Source: a virus
Taxonomy: Duplodnaviria; Caudoviricetes
Virus record (IMG/VR): IMGVR_UViG_3300012347_000380
Location: 1 to 38,778 of that record
DNA length: 38,778 bases
Reading direction: 5' to 3' (one strand)
The notes under the pieces: generated by a model
Told to the model about the DNA's origin: nothing
What the model saw: the letters and a program-made list of their open reading frames with translations, nothing else
Database searches by the model: none
Program-made: the position numbers and the translations under genes
Part shown: positions 9,051-15,589 of the stretch, piece after piece
How positions within the stretch are numbered: position 1 is the stretch's first letter
How the letters are laid out: each line of letters starts with the position of its first letter

Positions 9051-9658
9051 GCACCGAGGGGAACAGGTTCGAGCCAGCCTCCGCGCAAAACCTCCTCGCG
9101 TTGTTCGCGTTCGAGGATTGGGACCGCGTGAAGGCTCTCCTCGGTGTCCTGCAGAAGGACATGAAAGCCGCGCTCAAGACATCGGTCCGGCAGACCGGGC
9201 AATGGGCGAACCGCGAGGGTGCTCGTGGTCTGGCAAAGGCAACCAACGTCCCCCTCAACGTCCTGAGGAAAGGCCTCCGCTTCAAGTTCCAATACCAGTC
9301 GGTCAAAGGGTTCTCGACGGCCCGCCTCTGGTATGGACTCAACGACATCTCTCTCAAGTATCTCGGCGCTCGCCAGCAAAAGAAGGGCGTTCGCGCCCGT
9401 GGCAACACCTACAAGGGGGCGTTCGTTTCCGGTGCTCTCGGAGGCCATGCCTTCCAACGTGTGGGCAAAGATCGGTTCCCAATCAAACGCCTCGAAATGA
9501 CCATCGTAGAAAAGGGCAACGCGTTCCTTGCTGAGTTCGAGCAACGGGTCGCCGAGAAGTTCGTCGAGTTCTTTTTCGCCAACCTCGACAAGGTGACCGG
9601 CCGTGACGCCGGCACGTCCGCGTCGTTGGCTGGCAACCTCAAAATCGCCCGCGCATGA
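9047..9658 (+). CDS. tail completion / minor tail protein Z-like
   Basis: Basic protein with LWYGLNDI, YKGAF and RVGKDRFPI motifs; synteny. Confidence 0.7.
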   Translation: MSTEGNRFEPASAQNLLALFAFEDWDRVKALLGVLQKDMKAALKTSVRQTGQWANREGARGLAKATNVPLNVLRKGLRFKFQYQSVKGFSTARLWYGLNDISLKYLGARQQKKGVRARGNTYKGAFVSGALGGHAFQRVGKDRFPIKRLEMTIVEKGNAFLAEFEQRVAEKFVEFFFANLDKVTGRDAGTSASLAGNLKIARA

Positions 9659-10200
9659 GCCTCCCTGAAGTCAACCTCGACACTCTCCACACGGCGATCA
9701 AAACCGCGATGGAGACGCAATTTCCCGACGCGTTCGTCGAGTTCTACGGTCGTCCAGGCGACAAGATCACGACGCCGGGAATCCTCCTCGAACTCGAGGA
9801 CATCGTCGTGCAGGACCCGGACGACACCGGGACCGAACAGCTACCGGTGACCTTGAATTTCAACGCCTTCGTCGTGCTCGACTACAAGGCCGGGAAGAAG
9901 CAGGCGGTGAAGGCTCTCGCCGCTACCGTCATGGCATTCCTGCACGGCAAGCAGTGGTCCGAGCCGGTATCACCCGCGTCCGTTGTTTCCGCCTCCCCCG
10001 ACGTCATCGCCGGGAAAGAAGAGGCCTACGAGGTGATGCGCGTGGAGTTCGTCCACGAGGCAATCCTCGGCGCAGGCATCGACGACACAGGCGTCACGCC
10101 GTGGAAGGTCTACCTCGGAATCAGCCCGCTCATCGGGCCTGAGCACGTGGACGACTACCAACTGATCTACGAAGGCGAGGACCCTAACGAAATCCCATGA
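9655..10200 (+). CDS. tail terminator / neck protein
   Basis: Acidic 181 aa protein, LDTLHTAI...TPGILLEL, located immediately before the baseplate spike. Confidence 0.6.
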   Translation: MSLPEVNLDTLHTAIKTAMETQFPDAFVEFYGRPGDKITTPGILLELEDIVVQDPDDTGTEQLPVTLNFNAFVVLDYKAGKKQAVKALAATVMAFLHGKQWSEPVSPASVVSASPDVIAGKEEAYEVMRVEFVHEAILGAGIDDTGVTPWKVYLGISPLIGPEHVDDYQLIYEGEDPNEIP

Positions 10201-10691
10201 GCGCAGAAATCGGAGACATGCAACGCAGGATCGCGAACATGTTTCGCGTCGGCAAGGTGGCCGAGGTGGAACGCGACACCGCACGCGTCAAGGTCCAGTT
10301 CGGCGACGCCGTCACCGCCTGGCTTCCGTGGATGACGGGCCGAGCTGGTGCCGTTCGTGATTGGAACCCGCCGAGCGTAGGTGAACAGGTTTGCGTGTGC
10401 TCGCCCATGGGCGAGATCGAAGCCGGGTTCGTGATGTTCGGATCGATCAACACGACCGCGAACGCAGCACCAACTTCGGGCGAGAACGTCTATCGGATCG
10501 ACGTGCCGTCCGGTGGCACGTTCGAGATCCGCGTCGGTGGCGCCACTCTCACGTTCTCGGGCGGGAAGATCACGACGAACTGCAACGTCGAGACATCCGC
10601 CGACGTGAAGGCCGGAACGATTTCCCTGAAGAACCACACCCACGTCCACACCTCACCTGAACCCGCGCCCACCGGCGCACCCATCCCATGA
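10197..10691 (+). CDS. baseplate spike (P2 gpV-like)
   Basis: RVGKV, WLPW...RAG, PSVGEQV and C-terminal ISLKNHTH (HxH iron site). Confidence 0.92.
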   Translation: MSAEIGDMQRRIANMFRVGKVAEVERDTARVKVQFGDAVTAWLPWMTGRAGAVRDWNPPSVGEQVCVCSPMGEIEAGFVMFGSINTTANAAPTSGENVYRIDVPSGGTFEIRVGGATLTFSGGKITTNCNVETSADVKAGTISLKNHTHVHTSPEPAPTGAPIP

Positions 10692-11188
10692 TCACCATCG
10701 CCGAAGCGGTCGCACAGGCCGCAGAATCCAAGGTCGGAGTCCGCGAGTCTGGCGGGCCGAACAAGGGCTCAGCCCTGCAACCGTTCTTCGACGCTGACAG
10801 CTACGATCCGAACGGATCGAAACCGGGCGACGACGGCTACGCGTGGTGCGCAGCGTTCGTGTGCTGGTGCGTCATGGTCGCGGTCGCCGGTCGTGTCATC
10901 ACGTTTAAACGCCCCACCACCCCGAGCGCGTGGGGAATGGAGGCGTGGAGTCTGGCACAGGACCGCTCAACGTGGACGCTGAAACCGCCCGGTCGTGACA
11001 TCCAGCGGGGCGACATCGTCGTGTTCAATTTCTCGCACGTCGGGATCGCCGTGGGTCCGGTGGACGCGAACGGGTTTGTCCCGACCGTGGAGGGCAACAC
11101 GAACGCCGCAGGCTCACGCGAGGGCGACGGAGTCTATCGCAAGCTCCGGTCCATCCATTCGATCAGGTCACGGATCAGATTCCGCTGA
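10688..11188 (+). CDS. CHAP-family peptidoglycan hydrolase (putative endolysin)
   Basis: YAWCAAFVCW (catalytic Cys), FSHVGI (His) and VEGNT motifs. Confidence 0.85.
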   Translation: MITIAEAVAQAAESKVGVRESGGPNKGSALQPFFDADSYDPNGSKPGDDGYAWCAAFVCWCVMVAVAGRVITFKRPTTPSAWGMEAWSLAQDRSTWTLKPPGRDIQRGDIVVFNFSHVGIAVGPVDANGFVPTVEGNTNAAGSREGDGVYRKLRSIHSIRSRIRFR

Positions 11189-11194
11189 TTTTTC

Positions 11195-11222
11195 TCGACA
11201 ACCGGCCCGCGAGTGGCAACGT
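11195..11222 (+). promoter_or_regulatory. putative promoter of the RNA cluster
   Basis: TCGACA-N16-CAACGT, resembling the TCGACC/TAACGT boxes of the late promoters. Confidence 0.4.
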
Positions 11223-11231
11223 CGCCGGGAC

Positions 11232-11312
11232 ATCTGGTTGGTGTTACGTCTGCCCTCCTTCCGCCGTGACCGGTTCGCCGTAGCGAGGGAGGGCAGGCAC
11301 CTTCAACGAGAT
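11232..11312 (+). ncRNA. long hairpin upstream of tRNA-Met
   Basis: GTCTGCCCTCCTT pairs with AGGGAGGGCAGGC, extended by GTTG/CAAC and ATCT/AGAT. Confidence 0.45.
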
Positions 11313-11318
11313 ACAAAA

Positions 11319-11394
11319 CGTGCGGTCGCCAAGTGGTTAAGGCGCTGGTCTCATAAGCCGGTTACCGATGGTTCGAATCCATCCCGCGCAACCA
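11319..11394 (+). tRNA. tRNA-Met(CAT), initiator-like (C1:A72)
   Basis: Acceptor CGTGCGG/CCGCGCA, D arm GCC-AAGTGGTTAA-GGC, anticodon loop CTCATAA, T arm GATGG-TTCGAAT-CCATC, and ACCA end. Confidence 0.92.
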
Positions 11395-11395
11395 A

Positions 11396-11464
11396 TAGGG
11401 TTCTTGGACCGGAACGGCCGCTTCAATACTAGTTAAGCGTCTGTCTGGTCCTGGCACCCTGCCA
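11396..11464 (+). ncRNA. rod-like hairpin RNA ending in CCA
   Basis: TAGGGT/ACCCTG closing stem, GGACCGGA/TCTGGTCC and CGCTT/AAGCG inner stems, then CCA-CTTTTCC. Confidence 0.45.
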
Positions 11465-11488
11465 CTTTTCCAACACACACTACCAACC

Positions 11489-11779
11489 ATGAAAGCATCC
11501 CATTTAGCCGCTCTTTGCTTAGCCGGACTTGGCATCGGAGGAATGTCCTCCGCTGCAATCTCCGCACCGATCACGCCTGTCGAGCAACGTCCATATAATC
11601 AGAAGCACGCGCTCGCAGCCGCAAATGCAGCATGCGAGGTCGCTCTCCGTTACGACATGCGCGAGGGCGGATTCCCGATCACCGCTCATCCCATTTCGTG
11701 GAGGAAACTCAACCAGCGGCAGCTCCGCAAGAACCGCCGCCGCGCACACGCATCGGGCAAGCGCAACTCGTTTGCCTGA
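11489..11779 (+). CDS. hypothetical protein with hydrophobic N-terminus and Arg-rich C-terminus
   Basis: 96 aa, preceded by the genome-typical ACCAACC leader. Confidence 0.55.
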   Translation: MKASHLAALCLAGLGIGGMSSAAISAPITPVEQRPYNQKHALAAANAACEVALRYDMREGGFPITAHPISWRKLNQRQLRKNRRRAHASGKRNSFA

Positions 11780-11794
11780 GCACCTTCCACACAT

Positions 11795-12150
11795 CCCCCG
11801 GGCTCCTTGACCGGGCGAGTCGTCACCTGAAGAGCCTAGGGTGACGGCCACCACTTTCCCGAGACCACCGGGCATACCGCAGAGGACCAATCGCAAGCCC
11901 ACCGTGCGACCTAAGCGGCCACCGACATGGTGGGTAATTGCAAATCGCGAGCGCCCGCGATAAAAACGGAGGAGGACGCAAACCAAACATCCCCGCTGGC
12001 GAGCCTGCACCGTAACCAGCCGCAAGCCGAAACGGTTAGCAACCGGACGGGGGGACCACTTTCCGCGCTTGGTAGCAATCGGAAGCAGCATACCGTCGAT
12101 GGTGTGGCGGTTGGCCGGGACGGGACTCCGCCAGCCGTGAAACCGCTCTA
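11795..12150 (+). ncRNA. cluster of structured non-coding elements
   Basis: Successive hairpins (GTCGTCACC/GGTGACGGC, GCCCACCGTG/CATGGTGGGT, TCCCC/GGGGA multibranch, CGGTTGGC/GCCAGCCG), two ending in CCA-CTTTCC; no convincing ORF. Confidence 0.5.
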
Positions 12151-12213
12151 ACTACTCAAGACCTTGACTGCAAAACTTATGGCCAATCGCCACCACCTAC
12201 TTGTTGTGCCTCT

Positions 12214-12384
12214 TCATTTTGGAGTGGCAGCCGCGAGCGCACGGATCGCCAAAGCGGCCTCTTCCGTGATGAGCTTGCCGCTCTCCCGGTTGTGGATCGT
12301 CATTCGGGAAACCCCGAGCAGGGCTGCTACCTGCGTCGGGGTGCCGATGGATTCGCGGAGTCGTTTGTATTCGCTGGCGGTCAT
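12214..12384 (-). CDS. small XRE/Cro-type HTH protein
   Basis: MTASEYKRLRESIGTPTQVAALLGVSRMTIHNRESG; start at the internal ATG 12384. Confidence 0.8.
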   Translation of the reverse strand: MTASEYKRLRESIGTPTQVAALLGVSRMTIHNRESGKLITEEAALAIRALAAATPK

Positions 12385-12385
12385 A

Positions 12386-12697
12386 TCAGATGTCGGCGAT
12401 GGCCAGCTGGATGATCTCGGAAGGAGAGAGCTTGGAGGCAGCGAAAATGCCGCGAAGCTCTTCGCGCTTGGCCTTGGCGGACTCAATATACTCTGGCTCC
12501 TCATCAAGCAGTGTTCCGAGTTCGATCTCTTCTTCCAATCCGCGATCCGCGGTGACCACCCAGCCGAAAGGAAAGCCACTGACAAAAACGCGAACGCTCT
12601 CGCCAATCATCTGGAGGTAAACGCCGGTTTGCGGGATGTCGCCGTATGGCTTGAAAACTGGATTGCCGTTGTCGAAGGTAGGATTTGGAGTGCTCAT
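12386..12697 (-). CDS. hypothetical acidic protein co-transcribed with the HTH gene
   Basis: 103 aa, preceded by a CAAACCAACCAAGACA leader and a sigma70-like promoter. Confidence 0.7.
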   Translation of the reverse strand: MSTPNPTFDNGNPVFKPYGDIPQTGVYLQMIGESVRVFVSGFPFGWVVTADRGLEEEIELGTLLDEEPEYIESAKAKREELRGIFAASKLSPSEIIQLAIADI

Positions 12698-12743
12698 TGT
12701 CTTGGTTGGTTTGGGGTTGGTCGCTCTCAGTGGCGACGGGGAG

Positions 12744-12798
12744 AACGTAAAATCTTTTTACGCTCACGGCAAGAACTTTCTGTAAAATCTTTTTACGC
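12744..12798 (-). promoter_or_regulatory. promoter with two operator-like repeats
   Basis: Minus-strand TTGCCG-N17-TACGTT; identical quasi-palindromes GTAAAATCTTTTTACGC at 12747-12763 and 12782-12798. Confidence 0.75.
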
Positions 12799-12809
12799 GC
12801 CGTTTATTC

Positions 12810-12932
12810 GGCACAACGTCCAAGGTGACGGATCGCCCGGCACTAACACTCAACCGACACGATAATGCCACTGCCACCAACAACCGCTGACAGCCCGCAG
12901 ATGGGCGATTCCGTCCACCGTCTTGTTCAGCC
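12810..12932 (-). mobile_element. complete integron attC-like site
   Basis: Minus strand: GCTGAAC-AAGAC(5)-GGTG(G)ACGGA(A)TCGCCC...GGGCGA-TCCGT-CACC-TTGGAC(6)-GTTGTGC, showing AAC/GTT cores, 5/6-nt unpaired spacers and two extrahelical bases on the R''-side arm. Confidence 0.7.
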
Positions 12933-13200
12933 TCTTTTGACGGGCAAGCAAGTTGCGGTGATGGAGTTCCTGAAGAAATTCCATGAGGCCGAAGATCGGC
13001 TGCCATCAAGCTACGAGCTGCAAGAATTCCTTGGAAGCTCTTCGCAAAATGCCGCCATGAACTATTTCAGGGCGCTCTGCCAGAAGGGGTATCTCGAACA
13101 TCGAACCAACCAATACAACGCCCGAGGATGGTATAGATTCTCTCGGCAGAACGATAAAATAAGCCAACCATGGACCTGCAACAACTTAAAGAAGAATTAG
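12865..13200 (+). CDS. LexA-like DNA-binding (winged HTH) domain protein lacking a peptidase domain
   Basis: LTGKQVAVMEFLKKFH...PSSYELQEFLG-SSQNAAMNYFRALCQKGYLE matches the LexA N-domain pattern; the start codon lies in the attC-like loop. Confidence 0.75.
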   Translation: MPLPPTTADSPQMGDSVHRLVQPLLTGKQVAVMEFLKKFHEAEDRLPSSYELQEFLGSSSQNAAMNYFRALCQKGYLEHRTNQYNARGWYRFSRQNDKISQPWTCNNLKKN

Positions 13201-13697
13201 ATCGCGCCATCGAGTACGCGCTCGAATGCGGGCAAATCCCGCACCAGATCCCTGTCACGCTCCAAATCGACCGGGATGGAGATGATCCAATCTGGTCATC
13301 CTCCGAAGTGGAACTCCACTACGACAACAACGCTCAAGCCACGGGCTGCGTGCTGAATGCTTATTGGCAGGATATCACCAATAATCTTGCACAAACGGAA
13401 ACGCCCGAACAAAAAATCGCGGCTCGCGATGAGCAAATCCGCCATCTTATTTGTCATCGGGAACGACTGAAAAACGACATCGACCGACTGGAGGCACGAC
13501 TCCAGAAAATCGGGGATGCCATGGAAAAAGTCATCGTCACCGAAGGCGAAGACGCTGGCGTGGTGCTGCTATCCAATGACGCCCCAACGACGTGGAATGA
13601 AGGACTCGGGGTTGCGGTCTATGATCTCCAATACTTCTCCCCGCTCGGGGCGGCGCTCATGGCGCTGTATCAAATCTCTCGGCTGAACACCAAATAA
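13170..13697 (+). CDS. hypothetical protein (cassette-like, possibly two fused modules)
   Basis: 175 aa with a central coiled coil; bounded by GGCAGAAC (13145) and GGCTGAAC (13681) core-like sites. Confidence 0.65.
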   Translation: MDLQQLKEELDRAIEYALECGQIPHQIPVTLQIDRDGDDPIWSSSEVELHYDNNAQATGCVLNAYWQDITNNLAQTETPEQKIAARDEQIRHLICHRERLKNDIDRLEARLQKIGDAMEKVIVTEGEDAGVVLLSNDAPTTWNEGLGVAVYDLQYFSPLGAALMALYQISRLNTK

Positions 13698-13699
13698 CG

Positions 13700-13759
13700 A
13701 CAAGGCCCCGGGCGGCAGCGAAGGACAGGGATGGTCCTTCCGGCCCGGGGCCGCTTTGT
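13700..13759 (+). terminator. long GC hairpin closing the island
   Basis: GGCCCCGGGC/GCCCGGGGCC outer stem and GAAGGAC/GTCCTTC inner stem, followed by GCTTTGT. Confidence 0.5.
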
Positions 13760-13769
13760 GTCCGCCCCT

Positions 13770-13819
13770 GACAGAACCACGCTCGACCCATTCGACGCCG
13801 AAACCCTAACGTCCCGACG
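13770..13819 (+). promoter_or_regulatory. late-promoter motif copy 3 (baseplate operon)
   Basis: GACAGAACCACGCTCGACC-N18-TAACGTCCC, with ATG 7 nt after TAACGT. Confidence 0.8.
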
Positions 13820-14158
13820 ATGCGAGGCACGGATGCAGTCACCGGGAAGCCGCTCGACGGAGTGGCGCACCTGCGGCAATCGATCAGGGACATCCTGACG
13901 ACGCCGCTGGGCTCTCGCGTCATGCGTCGCGACTACGGATCGCGGCTGTTCGACCTGGTCGACAACCCGTTGAACGACGCGACGATCATCGAAATTTACG
14001 CGGCCACGGCTGAGGCCCTGATCCGTTGGGAGCCCCGCCTACTCGTCCAACGCGTGCAGGCCCGCATCCTCGAAGCCTCCTCCATCTCCATTGACCTCGA
14101 AGCGGTCTATCTCCCAACCGGCGAGCCTGTTTTCCTCGACGGCCTCCAAGTCTCATGA
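13820..14158 (+). CDS. baseplate wedge protein (P2 gpW / gp25-like)
   Basis: HLRQSIRDILTTPLGSRVMRRDYGSRL...WEPRL. Confidence 0.95.
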   Translation: MRGTDAVTGKPLDGVAHLRQSIRDILTTPLGSRVMRRDYGSRLFDLVDNPLNDATIIEIYAATAEALIRWEPRLLVQRVQARILEASSISIDLEAVYLPTGEPVFLDGLQVS

Positions 14159-15051
14159 GCGCCTACACCGCAATCGACCTTTCCCAAATCCCGGCTCCGG
14201 TCGTCGTCGAGACCCTGAGCTTCGAGACGATCTTTGCGGCGATGCTCGCCGACCTCCAGGCACGGGACGCAACGTTCGACGCGCTCGTCGAATCCGACCC
14301 CGCCTACAAGATTCTCGAAGTCGCCGCCTACCGGGAACTCATCATCCGGCAGCGGGTCAACGACGCCGCTCGTGCGGTCATGCTCGCCTATGCCACCGGT
14401 GCAGACCTCGATCAGATCGGGGCGCTGTTCGGCGTGGTCCGGCTCGTCATCACCGAGGCCGATCCCGAGGCCGTGCCACCCGTCGCGGCCGTCATGGAGT
14501 CGGACACCGATTTCCGCCGTCGAATCCAGCTCAGCCTCGAAGGTTTCTCGACCGCAGGACCCGAGGGCGCTTACGTCTTCCATGCCCTAGCCGCCGACGG
14601 CGATGTTCTCGACGCATCCGCGACCAGCCCGGACCCCGGAGAGGTGCTTGTTTCCGTCCTCTCCCGCACGGGCGATGGGGAGGCATCGACCGAACTCCTC
14701 GACGCCGTGGAGGCCGCTCTCAATGCTGACAGCGTGCGACCGCTCACCGACCTCGTGACGGTCCAATCCGCGACCATCGTGGACTTCACCATCACGGCCA
14801 CCCTTCACACTTACCCCGGCCCGGATTCCGCCGTCGTGCTCGCCGCCGCGAATGCCGCGCTCGACGACTACCTCGAATCCGTTCACCGGATCGGGCGAGA
14901 CGTCACGCTGTCCGGAATCTATGCCGCGCTCCACCAACCCGGAGTGCAGCGGGTCACGCTCTCCAGCCCGAGCGCCAACGTCACGATTTCCGCCACCGAG
15001 GCCGCGCATTGCACGGCTCGAACTGTCACCATTGCTGGCACCGCCGAATGA
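14155..15051 (+). CDS. baseplate J-like protein
   Basis: IDLSQIPAP, ESDP, QRVNDAARAVMLAYA, FSTAGPEGAY and VRPLTD motifs. Confidence 0.95.
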   Translation: MSAYTAIDLSQIPAPVVVETLSFETIFAAMLADLQARDATFDALVESDPAYKILEVAAYRELIIRQRVNDAARAVMLAYATGADLDQIGALFGVVRLVITEADPEAVPPVAAVMESDTDFRRRIQLSLEGFSTAGPEGAYVFHALAADGDVLDASATSPDPGEVLVSVLSRTGDGEASTELLDAVEAALNADSVRPLTDLVTVQSATIVDFTITATLHTYPGPDSAVVLAAANAALDDYLESVHRIGRDVTLSGIYAALHQPGVQRVTLSSPSANVTISATEAAHCTARTVTIAGTAE

Positions 15052-15578
15052 GCAGCATCCTCCCACCGAACGCGACCCCGCAAGAACGAGCGATGGAGCT
15101 ATCCACCGCCCGCGTCGGCGACGTGCCGGTGCCGCTCCGCTCTCTGTGGGACCCGGAGACGTGCCCGGTGGACTTGCTCCCCTGGCTCGCGTGGTCTTTG
15201 TCGGTCGACACGTGGAATCCTGACTGGCCCGAGCACATCAAGCGGGCCGTCGTCGGTGCCGCGGTCGATACCGCTCGCCGGAAAGGCACAGCGAAAGCCG
15301 TCAAGGATGCGCTCTCCGCTCTCGGCGCATCGACTGTCATTGTCGAGTGGTTCCAGAAATCACCGACCGGCACGCCTCACACGTTCACGGTCAACATCGT
15401 TTCAAACGACGCGAGCCTCGAAATGCAGGCCGCGATGGTCTCGGAAATCAACCGGACCAAGCCTCTCCGCTCTCATTACGACATCGTTTTCGGTGCCGCG
15501 ACTGAGGCCTCAATCAATGTTGTGGGCGTGCTCCGCGCCGCCCTGTTCGTTCGCCTCGATGGAGGAGCCACCTATTGA
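15048..15578 (+). CDS. tail protein I (P2 gpI-like)
   Basis: SILPPNAT, CPVDLLPWLAWSLSVD, RKGTAKAV and VEWFQ; ATG at 15048. Confidence 0.92.
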   Translation: MSSILPPNATPQERAMELSTARVGDVPVPLRSLWDPETCPVDLLPWLAWSLSVDTWNPDWPEHIKRAVVGAAVDTARRKGTAKAVKDALSALGASTVIVEWFQKSPTGTPHTFTVNIVSNDASLEMQAAMVSEINRTKPLRSHYDIVFGAATEASINVVGVLRAALFVRLDGGATY

Positions 15579-15589
15579 GTTCTACCCCT

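Noticed and set aside
11395-11464. HDV-like (theta) ribozyme downstream of the tRNA
   Set aside because: I could not build the nested double pseudoknot (P1/P2/P3/P1.1); the sequence folds better as a single rod.
11826-11850. CTGAAGAG resembling a hammerhead ribozyme core
   Set aside because: No stem II followed by GAAA and no UH cleavage triplet in the right geometry; the motif sits within a simple hairpin.
12164-12865. 233-aa plus-strand ORF
   Set aside because: It is antisense to two better-supported minus-strand genes and runs through their operators.
13352-13384. GCTGAAT...TTATTGG/CCAATAA as an additional cassette junction inside the 175-aa ORF
   Set aside because: The core reads AAT rather than AAC and the arms are short; suggestive but too weak to call.
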